From assembly GCA_045655865.1 (NCBI GenBank), contig JAZOQB010000047.1:1261-65260 (forward strand): 64,000 nucleotides of DNA. Reading direction: 5' to 3'. This document shows, in pieces, positions 1 to 9,608 of the stretch. This DNA is from Eubacteriales bacterium. GTDB taxonomy: Bacteria > Bacillota > Clostridia > Oscillospirales > SIG627. The notes beneath the pieces were generated by a model, which ran no database searches, was not told where the DNA came from, and saw nothing but the letters and a program-made list of their open reading frames with translations. The position numbers and the translations under genes were made by a program. Within the stretch, counting starts at the first letter, position 1, and each line of letters opens with the position of its first letter.

Positions 1-252
1 AAAGATCATCTCTCCGCTTATCTGAAAGAGCTTCGCGAAGCTCCCAAGGCAGATGGCGCCAGCCGCATTTACACCCACGGCGAAAAAGAGATCGAAGCAG
101 AAAAGAAGATGAGAACGGAAGGCATTCCCGTCAACGATAACACGATGATCGAAGTGTGGGAGATGTGCCAGGATCTCAAGATGGACTTTTCCGAATACTT
201 TGGCAACTACATGCCCCCCATTGAAAACGGTTTTAAGGGGAATTTCTTCTAA
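1..252 (+). CDS. 3' end of an Ldh_2-family (malate/L-lactate/ureidoglycolate-type) oxidoreductase gene; the 5' part lies outside the window
   Basis: Frame 1 is open from nt 1 to TAA 250-252 (KDHLSAYLKELREAPKADGASRIYTHGEKEIEAEKKMRTEGIPVNDN...). The C-terminal pattern GE.E.E......GIP recalls Ldh_2 enzymes. An intrinsic terminator follows. The family call rests on 83 aa only. Confidence 0.5.
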   Translation, partial: KDHLSAYLKELREAPKADGASRIYTHGEKEIEAEKKMRTEGIPVNDNTMIEVWEMCQDLKMDFSEYFGNYMPPIENGFKGNFF

Positions 253-275
253 AATCTAATACAAAAACAATAGAT

Positions 276-317
276 GAAGCGGTGGAGCATATCTGCTCCA
301 CGGCTTCTTGTTTTTTA
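276..317 (+). terminator. Intrinsic terminator of the truncated upstream gene
   Basis: Interrupted stem GAAGC-G-GTGGAGCA / TGCTCCAC-G-GCTTC with loop TATC, followed by TTGTTTTTT. It lies 24 nt after the stop. Confidence 0.75.
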
Positions 318-345
318 ACACCTTTCCGTGCCAACTTCTTTACAT

Positions 346-385
346 AAAAAAAGCCAAGAAGTCTCATGTTAGAAACTTCTTGGCT
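346..385 (-). terminator. Intrinsic terminator of the SBP gene (minus strand)
   Basis: 11-bp stem AGCCAAGAAGT (352-362) / ACTTCTTGGCT (375-385). Read on the minus strand it is followed by a T-run (complement of the A-run 346-351). It lies 12 nt downstream of the stop at 398. Confidence 0.75.
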
Positions 386-397
386 TGAAGAACATAT

Positions 398-2125
398 TTA
401 TTTTGCGGCTTTTTCTTTTTCTGCTTCTGCCGCAAGGTAGGCCTGGTTCTTCTCGGCGTAATTCTTCAGCGTAGCGTTGGTGAAGATGGTGTAACCGTAA
501 GGACTGGTCTCAAGGCCTTTGAGCTCAGAAGAAGCCAGATAAGAATGGCTGTAAAAGGTAAGTGCGATGGCGGGGCAATCTTCTGCCAAAATCTTTTCCA
601 CCTCAATCAGCTTCTGATTGCGCGCTTTCCGATCGGTCAGATCCAGCACTTCATTCAGTAACGCTGTATAGGCATCGGAATGGTAGCCGGTCACGTGGGG
701 CGACACGCCGGTGGAATCCTCATCCACAGAAACCACGTTTCCGCTATAGGCAGGAACAAACGGAGCCAGAGCTGCATAGGGATTGGTAGACAGGCCTTGA
801 TAATCCAATGCGATCACGTCGAAGTCGCCGGTGTAAAGAGCTTTCTCGTACTGCTCTACGGAAACACCACGCAAGCTGACGGAAAAGCCAAGGCTCTCCC
901 AAACTCCCTTAGCGTACTGAGCCACCAGAGCGTCATAGGCTCTGTCAGAGCGATAAGTGATGGAGAAAGAACCGCCGGAAACGCCGGCCTGTGCGAGAAG
1001 TGCCTTGGCCGCAGCAGAATCGGCCGTGATAGAATAGACATTGCCGGCCTCTTGGCGGAAACTCTTTTTCATAGTAGAGCCAGTGGCCGCATTGGTAACA
1101 AAACCGGTAGCAGCCTTACTGCCCATTCCAATGATGGAAGCGATCTCCTCGCGGCTCAAAGCCAAGCTCAAAGCCTTGCGGACTTTAGCGTCAGAGAGCG
1201 TCTTGTTCTGGCAATTAAAGAAATAGGTGTAGGAAGAGAGACTGTCGGAAGTCTGAATTTTCTTTTGATTTGCTTCATAGGTCTCTTTGGTAAATCCGCC
1301 CACATAGTAGATCTCGCCACCGGTAAGGGATTGGATGGCATCCTCCGGAGACTTCGAATAATTGGAGATCAGGCGGTAGGGCTTTACATATTGATTATAA
1401 CCCTTCTCCGGTTCGGAATCCAAACGATAGTACTTGGAAAAATCCAGACGATACTCGCCATCTGCCTTCATGGATTTGACAGCGAATTGACCGTTGGTAG
1501 CGATATCGTTAGTATTGGTGGCCCAGACGTCTTCCTTGCCCTGGATGATGTCATCTCTCATGGGAACCAGAGAAGGGCTGGAGATGGCTTCCAAAAACAG
1601 TTCCGGGTCAATGGGCTTCTCAAGCTGAACCTCAATGGTGGTGGCGTTTTTAGAGGCAACGCCCAAATCGTCAATGGTCTTAAGACCGGCCTTTACATCT
1701 CTGGCATTCTTGATGTCATAGAGAAGTGCCGCTGCCGGGCTGTTCATCTCAGGCGAGAGAATACGCTTCCAAGCGTAGACAATATGATCGGCGGTGAGCA
1801 CACGTCCGTCATTCCATTTTGAGGAAACAATGTCAATGTTGAGAAAATACTCTCCTCTTTCCTCGTTGTAATCCTGTTCGTATTTACTGATCAACAAGGG
1901 TTCAATTTTGCCGGAAGAGGTCACCTGAGTCAAGCTCTCGTAGACCAGACCGGACACTTTGACAAAGTCTTTGTCATAAATCATTCTTGTGGGATCCAGG
2001 TTGGTCTGGGGAGTGGCAAGATACATGGGAATAATAGAACCCATATCGCTCATATCCACGCTACAGGAAACCAAAGACACCGAGAGCATTGCTACCAAAA
2101 GCAAGCACGCAACTAGCTTTTTCAT
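398..2125 (-). CDS. ABC-transporter substrate-binding lipoprotein, family 5 (OppA/DppA/NikA type)
   Basis: 575-aa ORF. Signal peptide with lipobox LVSC. SBP_bac_5-like segments (LVYESLT..., WNDGRVLTADHIVYAWKRIL). AGGAGG lies 9 nt upstream of the ATG. Confidence 0.9.
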   Translation of the reverse strand: MKKLVACLLLVAMLSVSLVSCSVDMSDMGSIIPMYLATPQTNLDPTRMIYDKDFVKVSGLVYESLTQVTSSGKIEPLLISKYEQDYNEERGEYFLNIDIVSSKWNDGRVLTADHIVYAWKRILSPEMNSPAAALLYDIKNARDVKAGLKTIDDLGVASKNATTIEVQLEKPIDPELFLEAISSPSLVPMRDDIIQGKEDVWATNTNDIATNGQFAVKSMKADGEYRLDFSKYYRLDSEPEKGYNQYVKPYRLISNYSKSPEDAIQSLTGGEIYYVGGFTKETYEANQKKIQTSDSLSSYTYFFNCQNKTLSDAKVRKALSLALSREEIASIIGMGSKAATGFVTNAATGSTMKKSFRQEAGNVYSITADSAAAKALLAQAGVSGGSFSITYRSDRAYDALVAQYAKGVWESLGFSVSLRGVSVEQYEKALYTGDFDVIALDYQGLSTNPYAALAPFVPAYSGNVVSVDEDSTGVSPHVTGYHSDAYTALLNEVLDLTDRKARNQKLIEVEKILAEDCPAIALTFYSHSYLASSELKGLETSPYGYTIFTNATLKNYAEKNQAYLAAEAEKEKAAK

Positions 2126-2175
2126 TGAAAATAACCTCCTAAACGGTACACACCAATACCAGTATACTACAGATC

Positions 2176-2204
2176 ATTATATCATAAAATAATAAAAGAA
2201 TCAA
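2176..2204 (-). promoter_or_regulatory. Predicted sigma-A promoter of the SBP gene
   Basis: On the minus strand: -35 TTGATT (2204-2199), 17-nt spacer, TGa-extended -10 TATAAT (2181-2176). Confidence 0.6.
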
Positions 2205-2281
2205 GCCGGATTCGGAGAAATCGCAAATTCTTTCTATTGCACAATCAAATAAAATAATCCTTATGCTAATTGAACAAAAAG

Positions 2282-3064
2282 TCAAGAAAAATCAATGATT
2301 TCGCCCCCTAGCGGTTCACAAATTGCACACACTTGCAATTCGGGGGAAAGTGCCATGAGAGCTTCATAAAAGAGCTGGGGCGCTTGATTTTCCGAGGCGT
2401 GATGACCACAGTCAATCACGGTCATTCCCATTTCAACCGCTTCCTGTACCCCGTGATAACTCAGGTCTCCTCCTACAAAAGCATCGGCGCCGTGAGACAG
2501 GGCGGGCGCGATCAAATCTTTTCCCGATCCACAGCAAAAACCCACTTTTTGTATGTCAAGACCTGCAGAGTAAAGCCTGACCGGAGCACACAGTGTCTCC
2601 GAGACACGGCGTGCAAAGTCCTCGGGTGACATCTTTCCGGGCAGAGTACCGATCCCTCCAATATACGGTTCCTCTTCCAAAAGTACCACGTCTCTTTCCG
2701 GCAAGATCCCCAAAGACTTGGCAAAGTGATCCCCCAGACCGCCAACCGCACCGTCAAAACGCGTGTGAAGCGAGATCAATGAGATCCCAGCGCCCAGAAG
2801 CAGAAGGATCTTCTGCCCAACCAGCGTATCCTCGTTGATCGATTGGAGAGGCTTAAAAATCAAGGGATGGTGACTGACGATCAGATCACAGCCTTGTGAA
2901 ATGGCGTTTTCGATTACCGAAAAGGTAACGTCAAGACAGGTGATCACGCGCTTGACCTCCCGATCCCGATCCGGGCAAAGAAGAAGTCCGTCGTGATCCC
3001 AAGCACAGCTGCGCTCTTTGGGATACAGAGCATTAAAATAGGCCTCGATTTCACGAATCTTCAT
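2282..3064 (-). CDS. Nif3-like dinuclear metal centre protein (YqfO / GTP cyclohydrolase I type 2 homologue)
   Basis: 260-aa ORF with NIF3 hallmarks (VSHHPLIF, C-terminal CGHHASE). The start overlaps the trmK stop (ATGA). trmK-nif3 is a conserved Firmicutes pair. Confidence 0.9.
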   Translation of the reverse strand: MKIREIEAYFNALYPKERSCAWDHDGLLLCPDRDREVKRVITCLDVTFSVIENAISQGCDLIVSHHPLIFKPLQSINEDTLVGQKILLLLGAGISLISLHTRFDGAVGGLGDHFAKSLGILPERDVVLLEEEPYIGGIGTLPGKMSPEDFARRVSETLCAPVRLYSAGLDIQKVGFCCGSGKDLIAPALSHGADAFVGGDLSYHGVQEAVEMGMTVIDCGHHASENQAPQLFYEALMALSPELQVCAICEPLGGEIIDFS

Positions 3065-3783
3065 AAAAAATCCTCCAGCAAAGCAAACAGGGCCGCCTCT
3101 TCCCTTTCCTCGGAATCAGTGGGTTTTCCCGCTTTTCTTTTTCCGTCAATTTTCGACTTTAATTGTGAAAGAAGGTGAGAAAAGTATTTTTTTACAGCTT
3201 CTTCCCGAAGCGTTGGCAAAAACTCCCCTAAAAAATAAAAATCTTCTTCCCTGGGGCGAGGTTTGCCGTCGTATCGAGCAAAAAAGATCAAAAAGGTTTT
3301 CTTATTTTCTAAAACCACCCGCTCCTTTTCTACACGAAAACCATTCTCATAGAGAAAGCGGCGCAGATGGCGCACACGGCTCATGGGCTGCAAAGCAAAA
3401 AAGGATCCAACCGGTAAATTGGAAAGCTCGCGAGAAAGAATGCCGGCAATGGTTTCCCCACCCATTCCTGCAATCACATATGCATCGGGGGCATGCGGGA
3501 TCAGACCTTGGAGTCCATCGGTCAAAAAGAAGTTTGCACGATGACCCAAGCCTGCCTCTTCCAGCGCACTTTTTGCCCGGTCAAGAGGGAGTGGATGAAT
3601 GTCACTGATTAGAACTCGACGGCACAGATCGTGTTGTAATAAATAAAGAGGGAGCGATCCGTGGTCGGACCCGATATCGCACACCACGCCCCCAAGTGGA
3701 AGGCTTTCCGCAATGGCGGAAAGCCTTTCGGATAAAGGGGTCTGCCGTGCTTTTTCCCGATTACTTTCCGGCAAGATAGGCAT
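3061..3783 (-). CDS. trmK: tRNA (adenine22-N1)-methyltransferase TrmK
   Basis: Motif VVCDIGSDHGSLPLYLL and overall TrmK/YqfN similarity. The ORF-track start at 3936 runs through the upstream gene. ATG 3783 gives a normal length; TTG 3774 is an alternative. Confidence 0.85.
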   Translation of the reverse strand: MPILPESNREKARQTPLSERLSAIAESLPLGGVVCDIGSDHGSLPLYLLQHDLCRRVLISDIHPLPLDRAKSALEEAGLGHRANFFLTDGLQGLIPHAPDAYVIAGMGGETIAGILSRELSNLPVGSFFALQPMSRVRHLRRFLYENGFRVEKERVVLENKKTFLIFFARYDGKPRPREEDFYFLGEFLPTLREEAVKKYFSHLLSQLKSKIDGKRKAGKPTDSEEREEAALFALLEDFL

Positions 3784-3964
3784 TGATCTTCTCGACCAAA
3801 GCATCGGCATCGGTTCCATGAACGGCGCAGGCCTGGGCAATGGATTCTCCCCGGGAAGCAGGGCAGCCAAGGCAGTGCATACCGATCTCAAAGAAAAACT
3901 GGGCAGTTCCCTGATCTTGATCCAGGATGTCGCCAATGATGCTTTCTTTTGTAACAGCGGTCAT
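3761..3964 (-). CDS. DUF1858 / hybrid-cluster-protein-associated redox disulfide domain protein
   Basis: 67-aa ORF with the family core FFFEIGMHCLGCPASRGESI. Its 3' end overlaps the trmK start by 23 nt. Confidence 0.8.
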   Translation of the reverse strand: MTAVTKESIIGDILDQDQGTAQFFFEIGMHCLGCPASRGESIAQACAVHGTDADALVEKINAYLAGK

Positions 3965-3987
3965 TTCTTTTCTCCTTTTCTAAAATT

Positions 3988-6633
3988 TTATGATTCACGC
4001 ACAATTGCGGAGTCATCATCTTTTTTCAATGCTTTCATCCATTCCAACATTCCCGATGGCAAAATGGACAGTAAAATGGCAAACAACAAGATCCAAAAGC
4101 TATATCCCGATCCAGTGGCTTCCCCAAGCCACAGCCGGGTCAAGGGAGTGACGGTGAAAAGGGCGGCAAAGAGCGCAGAGGACAGAAAGGTTATCAGGCC
4201 GCACCGGCCAATATCTTTCAGATGTGAAAACAGGGAATGATCAAATTTCATCACAAGAGAAACAAAATAGGATGAAAAAATAAAGGTGATCAAAGCAGCC
4301 CCGGAACCGACAGTGTCACTACCGGAAGCGTAACGGGCAATTTGCCGGGAAAGCATAACGCAAAGCGCCTGAGTTGTTCCTGCAATCATAGGATTTACAA
4401 GAAGAACCTGGAGAGAGGCCACGCGATCATCCTGAATTGCTCCCTTATTGTCCTCAAGTCGCGGACCGGGCAGACGATGAAAGATGTTCATTCCGGCAGG
4501 GATACACACTCCCAATCCCATCAGCACCATGGGGAGAAGGGCAAACGGTGCGGATCCATCTGCGGCAAAGCCGATGAAAACAGAAAGCATCAGGGCGATC
4601 TGGATCAAGAGGGCGTATTGCATAATGTGAACAATATTCCGATAAAGGATCCGCGCCCAATTGATACAAAGGGGCACCAATTCGTATTTTTTCTCCTTCA
4701 CCAGAACGTCGGCGTTTTGCCGTACCGCATTTTGCTTTTCTTCCACATCTACCACAGAAATATCCGATTCCATTTGCGGAAGAGTGTCGTAGAGTCCGCC
4801 GGTGAGCGAGATGGTAATGTCACCGTTATCCTTGTGGTATTTTACGATACTCTGTTTTTCTTCTGCCGGAAAGCCGCAGAAGGCCTTGTATTTTTCTATA
4901 TCCGCTACAAAAACGCCCCGGTCCATTCTCTCATACGTCTGGAAAGAAAGGGCGTACTGATGGTCCCCTTCACCGATGATGGAAACGCTTTTAGAAAGAG
5001 CAGACACTGTCTCAGGATAATCGTCGGTAAGAAGGTAGGTTTGAATTCCTGATTTCTGACAGGTGTTCACCGCTTTTGCCGAATCAGCACTGATGGGTGT
5101 CGTTAAGCCAAACATACCCAGATACACCATATCCCGGCACAAAGATCTTTGATCGCCGGTGGAAGGAGAGGCAATCTCAAGCACCGCCACCGCAAAAATG
5201 CGTTCACACATTCCGGCAAGATGACGGGCGTTAGCACGGATGGCATCCCGCAAGGGCCGGGTAAGGGGATACCTCTCGCCTCCCTTTTCCATTTGACCGC
5301 AGCATGGAAGGACCAAATTTGGATTTCCACGAATGATGAGACGATAGGAGCCTTCTTTCATCACCAGAGCACAGGAATAGCCGCGCCGAAGATCAAAATC
5401 ATAACGGTTAATCGAAAGAAATTCTTTATCCAAACGGCGCTTTTGCAGTCCGATGGATGCTGCCGCAGAAAGCAAAGCCCGCTCGGCTTTCCACTCTTCA
5501 CGGCGCCCGAGATAATATTCCCTTTTACTTTGAGCCAAAAGAAGATTTTCCAAAAGAGGCGCCGCCATTTTCGGCTCCTCTTTAAAGTCATAGATCTCAT
5601 CCCCCAGATAGTAAGCATTTGCCAGAGGGTGGGAGTAGAACAGATAGTCGCTGGAATTGACAAACACGCAATTTGCATCGCAAAGCCGATCCACAACACC
5701 CGGATTTCTAAGAACCACACCCCGTTCAAAGAGCTTTCCTGTCATATAGGCAATAGCAAAGTCGGAGAGATGTTCCATGGCATCGGGAAACGCGGCAATG
5801 ACCATGGCCGTCACGTAATGGAACGTGCCGAAAGCGTTCTGCCCACGAAATACACCAAAAGCAAAAAGGAAAAAGCAGACCAGAACCCAAACCAGGGAAA
5901 TCTGTCTTTTCAGGTCCATGGCCGTTTCATAGATCCGAGGAATGGTGGTGTTTTGCCGGGAAATGGTAAAATTTTGATTGTCAAAAATATCCCGGCCGGT
6001 ATTGCATACGATCACCTTGGCATTTCCATGCAAGATCACACTTCCGGCAAAGAGGATACATTCAAAGTACGGATAACCGCTCTCTTGATCTTCTACTTCC
6101 TCATGGCTGCGTTTAAATACCGGAACACGCCGACCGGTCACGCTGGCTTCCAAAATTTTCAGCGCCCCATGCTTTAAAATGATTCCGTCACACGGCATGA
6201 TATCGCCTTTTTCCAAAAGGAGAAGGTCTCCGGGAACCAGCTCGCTCTTGGCTACGGAAATCACCTTTCCGGCGCGGCGGACATGGTATTTGCTGCGAGA
6301 AAACTTTTCTACTTTTTTCTTGACACGGGAAACGTAAACGTGTGTCCCTAAGACAAAAGAAGAGTACAGGAAAACTACGGCGAGGATCGCCGCAAGAGAA
6401 GATAGATTCCGATTTTCCAGATAGTCGAAAAAGCTGACCAAAAGAAAGAGAATCATCATAATATCGCCAAAGATCTTCTTGATAAGATCCGATGCGGTAT
6501 TCTTCTTTTCAAAGAGAATATTTTCCCCAAATTCCCGGCGATTTCGCAAAACCTGTTCCCCGGTCAATCCCAGGTCCAGGTCGGTTCCGAGAACGCTTTG
6601 AAGCCTATCCAGCCCCACTTCCAGTAGATTCAT
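3988..6633 (-). CDS. P-type (P2, Ca2+/cation-type) ATPase homologue with degenerate catalytic motifs; probable pseudo-enzyme
   Basis: 881-aa intact ORF. It has a cation-ATPase-N-like start (LTGEQVLRNRREFGEN), an actuator segment LVPGDLLLLEKGDIMPCDG, and hydrophobic blocks at both ends. There is no DKTGT. TGES becomes TGRR, PEGLP becomes FPDAM, and GDGxND becomes TGGLYD. Confidence 0.85.
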   Translation of the reverse strand: MNLLEVGLDRLQSVLGTDLDLGLTGEQVLRNRREFGENILFEKKNTASDLIKKIFGDIMMILFLLVSFFDYLENRNLSSLAAILAVVFLYSSFVLGTHVYVSRVKKKVEKFSRSKYHVRRAGKVISVAKSELVPGDLLLLEKGDIMPCDGIILKHGALKILEASVTGRRVPVFKRSHEEVEDQESGYPYFECILFAGSVILHGNAKVIVCNTGRDIFDNQNFTISRQNTTIPRIYETAMDLKRQISLVWVLVCFFLFAFGVFRGQNAFGTFHYVTAMVIAAFPDAMEHLSDFAIAYMTGKLFERGVVLRNPGVVDRLCDANCVFVNSSDYLFYSHPLANAYYLGDEIYDFKEEPKMAAPLLENLLLAQSKREYYLGRREEWKAERALLSAAASIGLQKRRLDKEFLSINRYDFDLRRGYSCALVMKEGSYRLIIRGNPNLVLPCCGQMEKGGERYPLTRPLRDAIRANARHLAGMCERIFAVAVLEIASPSTGDQRSLCRDMVYLGMFGLTTPISADSAKAVNTCQKSGIQTYLLTDDYPETVSALSKSVSIIGEGDHQYALSFQTYERMDRGVFVADIEKYKAFCGFPAEEKQSIVKYHKDNGDITISLTGGLYDTLPQMESDISVVDVEEKQNAVRQNADVLVKEKKYELVPLCINWARILYRNIVHIMQYALLIQIALMLSVFIGFAADGSAPFALLPMVLMGLGVCIPAGMNIFHRLPGPRLEDNKGAIQDDRVASLQVLLVNPMIAGTTQALCVMLSRQIARYASGSDTVGSGAALITFIFSSYFVSLVMKFDHSLFSHLKDIGRCGLITFLSSALFAALFTVTPLTRLWLGEATGSGYSFWILLFAILLSILPSGMLEWMKALKKDDDSAIVRES

Positions 6634-6652
6634 TTTGCCTCAATTTCAATAC

Positions 6653-8938
6653 TTAGTTTTTTTCCTCGACGCGAACTTCTCCCTGCACAACAAACATTTT
6701 TATGGCAGAAAGCTTGCCCTCTCGATCGGCAACCACGCAATCTGCGATCTTATCTTCAATTTCCGTCTGGAGAAAACGGGCCATATTTCTGGCTCCGTAC
6801 TTTTCGCTAAAGGACTTTTCCGCTACGTGTGAAACAACATCCCGGTCAAAAGAAAGGGCGATTCCCTTTTCCGCCATGGCAAGCTGCAATTCCTCAAGGC
6901 GCAGGCTGGCAATGGCCAAAAAGCTTTCCCGGGAGAGTTTGGAGAAGGTGATGATCTCATCCACGCGATTGATAAATTCCGGACGCAAAAAGCCTTCCAG
7001 CCCCTTCATCGTTCGGGATTCTTCCCCGGCGTCAAGGCTATGACCGAAGCCGGATACCCCGGAAAGAACTTGGCTTCCGGCATTGGTGGTCATAACGATC
7101 ACGGTGTTTTCAAAATTGATTTCCTTGCCGTGGGCGTCACTGATACGACCGTCATCCAAGATCTGAAGGAGGATGTTGAGTACATCCGGATGGGCCTTTT
7201 CAATCTCATCAAACAATACCACAGAATAGGGCTTGCGACGGATTTTTTCTGTAAGCTGCCCGGCATCGTCATATCCTACATAACCGGGAGGCGACCCTAT
7301 GATCCTGGAGACGGAATGCTTCTCCATAAACTCCGACATATCAAGTCGAATGAGAGATTCGGTAGAATCGAAAAGCTCTGCGGCAAGGTGCTTGACCAAT
7401 TCCGTTTTTCCCACACCGGTGGGCCCGGCAAAAATAAAGCTGGCCGGTTTCTTCTTGACATTGATTCCTGCCCGGTGACGCTTGATGGCACGGCAAACGG
7501 CGTCCACGGCCTTCCCCTGGCCGATAATATGCTGGGATAACTTTTCCCTCAGAGTGGAGATCTTTTGAAATTCGTTTTCGGAAATGTTCGTTGCGGGGAT
7601 CCCTGTCCAAGATTCGATAACCCGGGCAATGTCCTGGAGATTTAATTCGATTTTGTCCCGCTCCAGAGACAGTCGTTGAAATTCCTCCTGACTACGCATT
7701 TCCCCCACCTTAATCTCTGCAATACGGGCGTAGGTGGAGTCATCTGCATCGGTTGCGGCTTCCAGCTCTTCCCTTTCTTTTCGATCCTGCTCGATCTGTT
7801 TGGCCAATCGGTCAATGCGATTGATCACATCGCTCTCAATGGCTTTCCTGGCACAAGCTTCATCCAAAATATCAATAGCCTTATCGGGAAGAAAACGGTC
7901 GGTAATATAGCGTTCCGAAAGGGTCACCGTCGTTCTCAGGATCGACTCAGGTACCCGCAGGCCATGATAAGTTTCATAATACTTTTTCACGCCTTTTAAG
8001 ATCTCAATGGCTTTTTGCACAGTAGGCTCATCCACCATCACCGGTTGAAAGCGCCGCTCCAGTGCCTGATCTTTTTCAATATATTTTCGATACTCCGCAA
8101 GGGTCGTAGCCCCGATGATCTGAATCTCGCCGCGAGAGAGGGCGGGCTTGAGGATATTGGCGCAACTCATTCCTCCCTCGGAGTCCCCCGCGCCAACGAT
8201 GGTATGGATCTCATCGATGACAAGAATGATATTGCCAAGCTTCTTGACTTCTTCTACCAAGCTTTTGACTCGACTCTCAAACTGCCCACGGAAATGAGTA
8301 CCCGCGACCAAAGCGGTCAAATCCAAAAGAAAAACTTCCTTGTCCGTTAGCCGATACGGCACTTTTTTCTCTGCAATGCGCTGAGCCAAAAGCTCTGCAA
8401 TGGCAGTCTTGCCCACGCCGGGCTCTCCAATAAGACAGGGGTTATTCTTCTGACGGCGGCAAAGAATTTGAATCACGCGATCAAGTTCCGCTTCCCTTCC
8501 GATGACCCGATCCAATTCCCCGGCGGCGGCCCGGGCAGTAAGGTCAATACAGAACCCATCCAGCATTTTTCCATGCTTTTTTCTTTTTTTGCCGTCTTTT
8601 TCTCGCGGTTCCTCTTTTTTCTCTTCCTTTTCTTCTTTTTCCATTGCTTGGGCCGGCATGGTGCCGCCGAAAATGGAGTGAATATCCAGAGGGAACGCTC
8701 CGCTTTCCTCGCCCGGTTCCATGCCCTCGATTCCTTCGATCATCTGGCCCATCTGCTGCTCAATCAGGTCCATATCTTCATCCCGGATCCCCATTTTGTC
8801 CATGTAATCACAAAAAGGCTTGATCTTCAGTTCTTTGGCGCAACGGATACAAAGACCTTCTGAGGTCACTTTTTCTCCTTGGATCTTGTTGATATAAATC
8901 ACAGCAGGACGCTGTTTGCAGCGGGAACATAATTTCAT
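6653..8938 (-). CDS. ClpC/ClpA-family double-AAA+ unfoldase with an N-terminal C4 zinc ribbon instead of a Clp_N domain
   Basis: Walker [10 protein letters not shown] (D1) and GPTGVGKTE (D2). Walker B ILVIDEIH and VVLFDEIE. Short coiled-coil middle region and a VSGFG loop. N-terminus MKLCSRCKQ...x21...CIRCAKE. ATG 8938 was chosen because the ORF-track start at 9055 overlaps pgsA. Confidence 0.9.
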   Translation of the reverse strand: MKLCSRCKQRPAVIYINKIQGEKVTSEGLCIRCAKELKIKPFCDYMDKMGIRDEDMDLIEQQMGQMIEGIEGMEPGEESGAFPLDIHSIFGGTMPAQAMEKEEKEEKKEEPREKDGKKRKKHGKMLDGFCIDLTARAAAGELDRVIGREAELDRVIQILCRRQKNNPCLIGEPGVGKTAIAELLAQRIAEKKVPYRLTDKEVFLLDLTALVAGTHFRGQFESRVKSLVEEVKKLGNIILVIDEIHTIVGAGDSEGGMSCANILKPALSRGEIQIIGATTLAEYRKYIEKDQALERRFQPVMVDEPTVQKAIEILKGVKKYYETYHGLRVPESILRTTVTLSERYITDRFLPDKAIDILDEACARKAIESDVINRIDRLAKQIEQDRKEREELEAATDADDSTYARIAEIKVGEMRSQEEFQRLSLERDKIELNLQDIARVIESWTGIPATNISENEFQKISTLREKLSQHIIGQGKAVDAVCRAIKRHRAGINVKKKPASFIFAGPTGVGKTELVKHLAAELFDSTESLIRLDMSEFMEKHSVSRIIGSPPGYVGYDDAGQLTEKIRRKPYSVVLFDEIEKAHPDVLNILLQILDDGRISDAHGKEINFENTVIVMTTNAGSQVLSGVSGFGHSLDAGEESRTMKGLEGFLRPEFINRVDEIITFSKLSRESFLAIASLRLEELQLAMAEKGIALSFDRDVVSHVAEKSFSEKYGARNMARFLQTEIEDKIADCVVADREGKLSAIKMFVVQGEVRVEEKN

Positions 8939-8948
8939 TCTTTGGTCC

Positions 8949-9587
8949 TTACTTTCTTTTCTTTTCTTTTTGGTTCTTGGTATGTTTTTTATTTTGTATG
9001 ATCGCTTCCTTCGTAGACTGAATCTGGGCGGCATAGTTGAAAACGTAAATCGCAAAAGCCATGAGCATCACCAGAATCAAAGCAATACAAAGGAAATTGC
9101 AAAACATCATATCGCCTTCTGTTGCCGCAGGGAAAAAGTGCAGGACGCAGATCAGAACATACCAAACGATCGTAGCCAATTTTCCGCACCAAACCGCGGA
9201 GACATACACCTGGCTTTTTGACATGATCAGGTATGCTCCGATGATCATCACGATCTCCTTTGTTATAATGATGGAGGCCAGGATAACAAACGGTCCACCG
9301 AAACGGATGGCGATACATAAGATGACCGCCGCTTCCAAAAGCTTATCGGCAAAAGGATCCAGGAGCTTGCCTACGTCGGTGATCCAGTTGTTTCGCCGAG
9401 CCAAGAAGCCATCCACAGCATCACTAAATCCCGCTACCAGAAAGATAATACCGGCTCCCGGCAGCGGATCAATCCCGCCAAAACTTAAAAATCCAAAGAA
9501 AACCAGGGCGTAAAGCGGAACCAGAAGGATGCGGAAGGCGGATATGTAATTTGGAATTTGTTTCGCTTGAAATTTAAAGATTTTCAT
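8949..9587 (-). CDS. pgsA: CDP-diacylglycerol--glycerol-3-phosphate 3-phosphatidyltransferase
   Basis: CDP-alcohol phosphatidyltransferase motif DAVDGFLARRNNWITDVGKLLDPFADK. Multi-TM, 212 aa. Confidence 0.9.
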   Translation of the reverse strand: MKIFKFQAKQIPNYISAFRILLVPLYALVFFGFLSFGGIDPLPGAGIIFLVAGFSDAVDGFLARRNNWITDVGKLLDPFADKLLEAAVILCIAIRFGGPFVILASIIITKEIVMIIGAYLIMSKSQVYVSAVWCGKLATIVWYVLICVLHFFPAATEGDMMFCNFLCIALILVMLMAFAIYVFNYAAQIQSTKEAIIQNKKHTKNQKEKKRK

Positions 9588-9608
9588 AGATTTCCTTCTT
9601 AGAAATTA

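Noticed and set aside
680-1822. A 380-aa plus-strand ORF inside the SBP gene
   Set aside because: It is antisense to a well-supported lipoprotein gene, and has no motifs or RBS.
5149-6177. A 342-aa plus-strand ORF inside the ATPase-like gene
   Set aside because: It is antisense to the longer ORF, which carries clear P-type-ATPase architecture. No family resemblance.
8939-9055. N-terminal extension of the Clp ORF (MRFTFSTMPP...). Similar track extensions occur at 3784-3936, 12253-12402, 21535-21573, 30326-30544, 41147-41239, 43070-43243, 57277-57357 and 58927-59040.
   Set aside because: Each extension overlaps the preceding gene, or a terminator or promoter. Each lacks an RBS, and an internal ATG/GTG restores the canonical family N-terminus.
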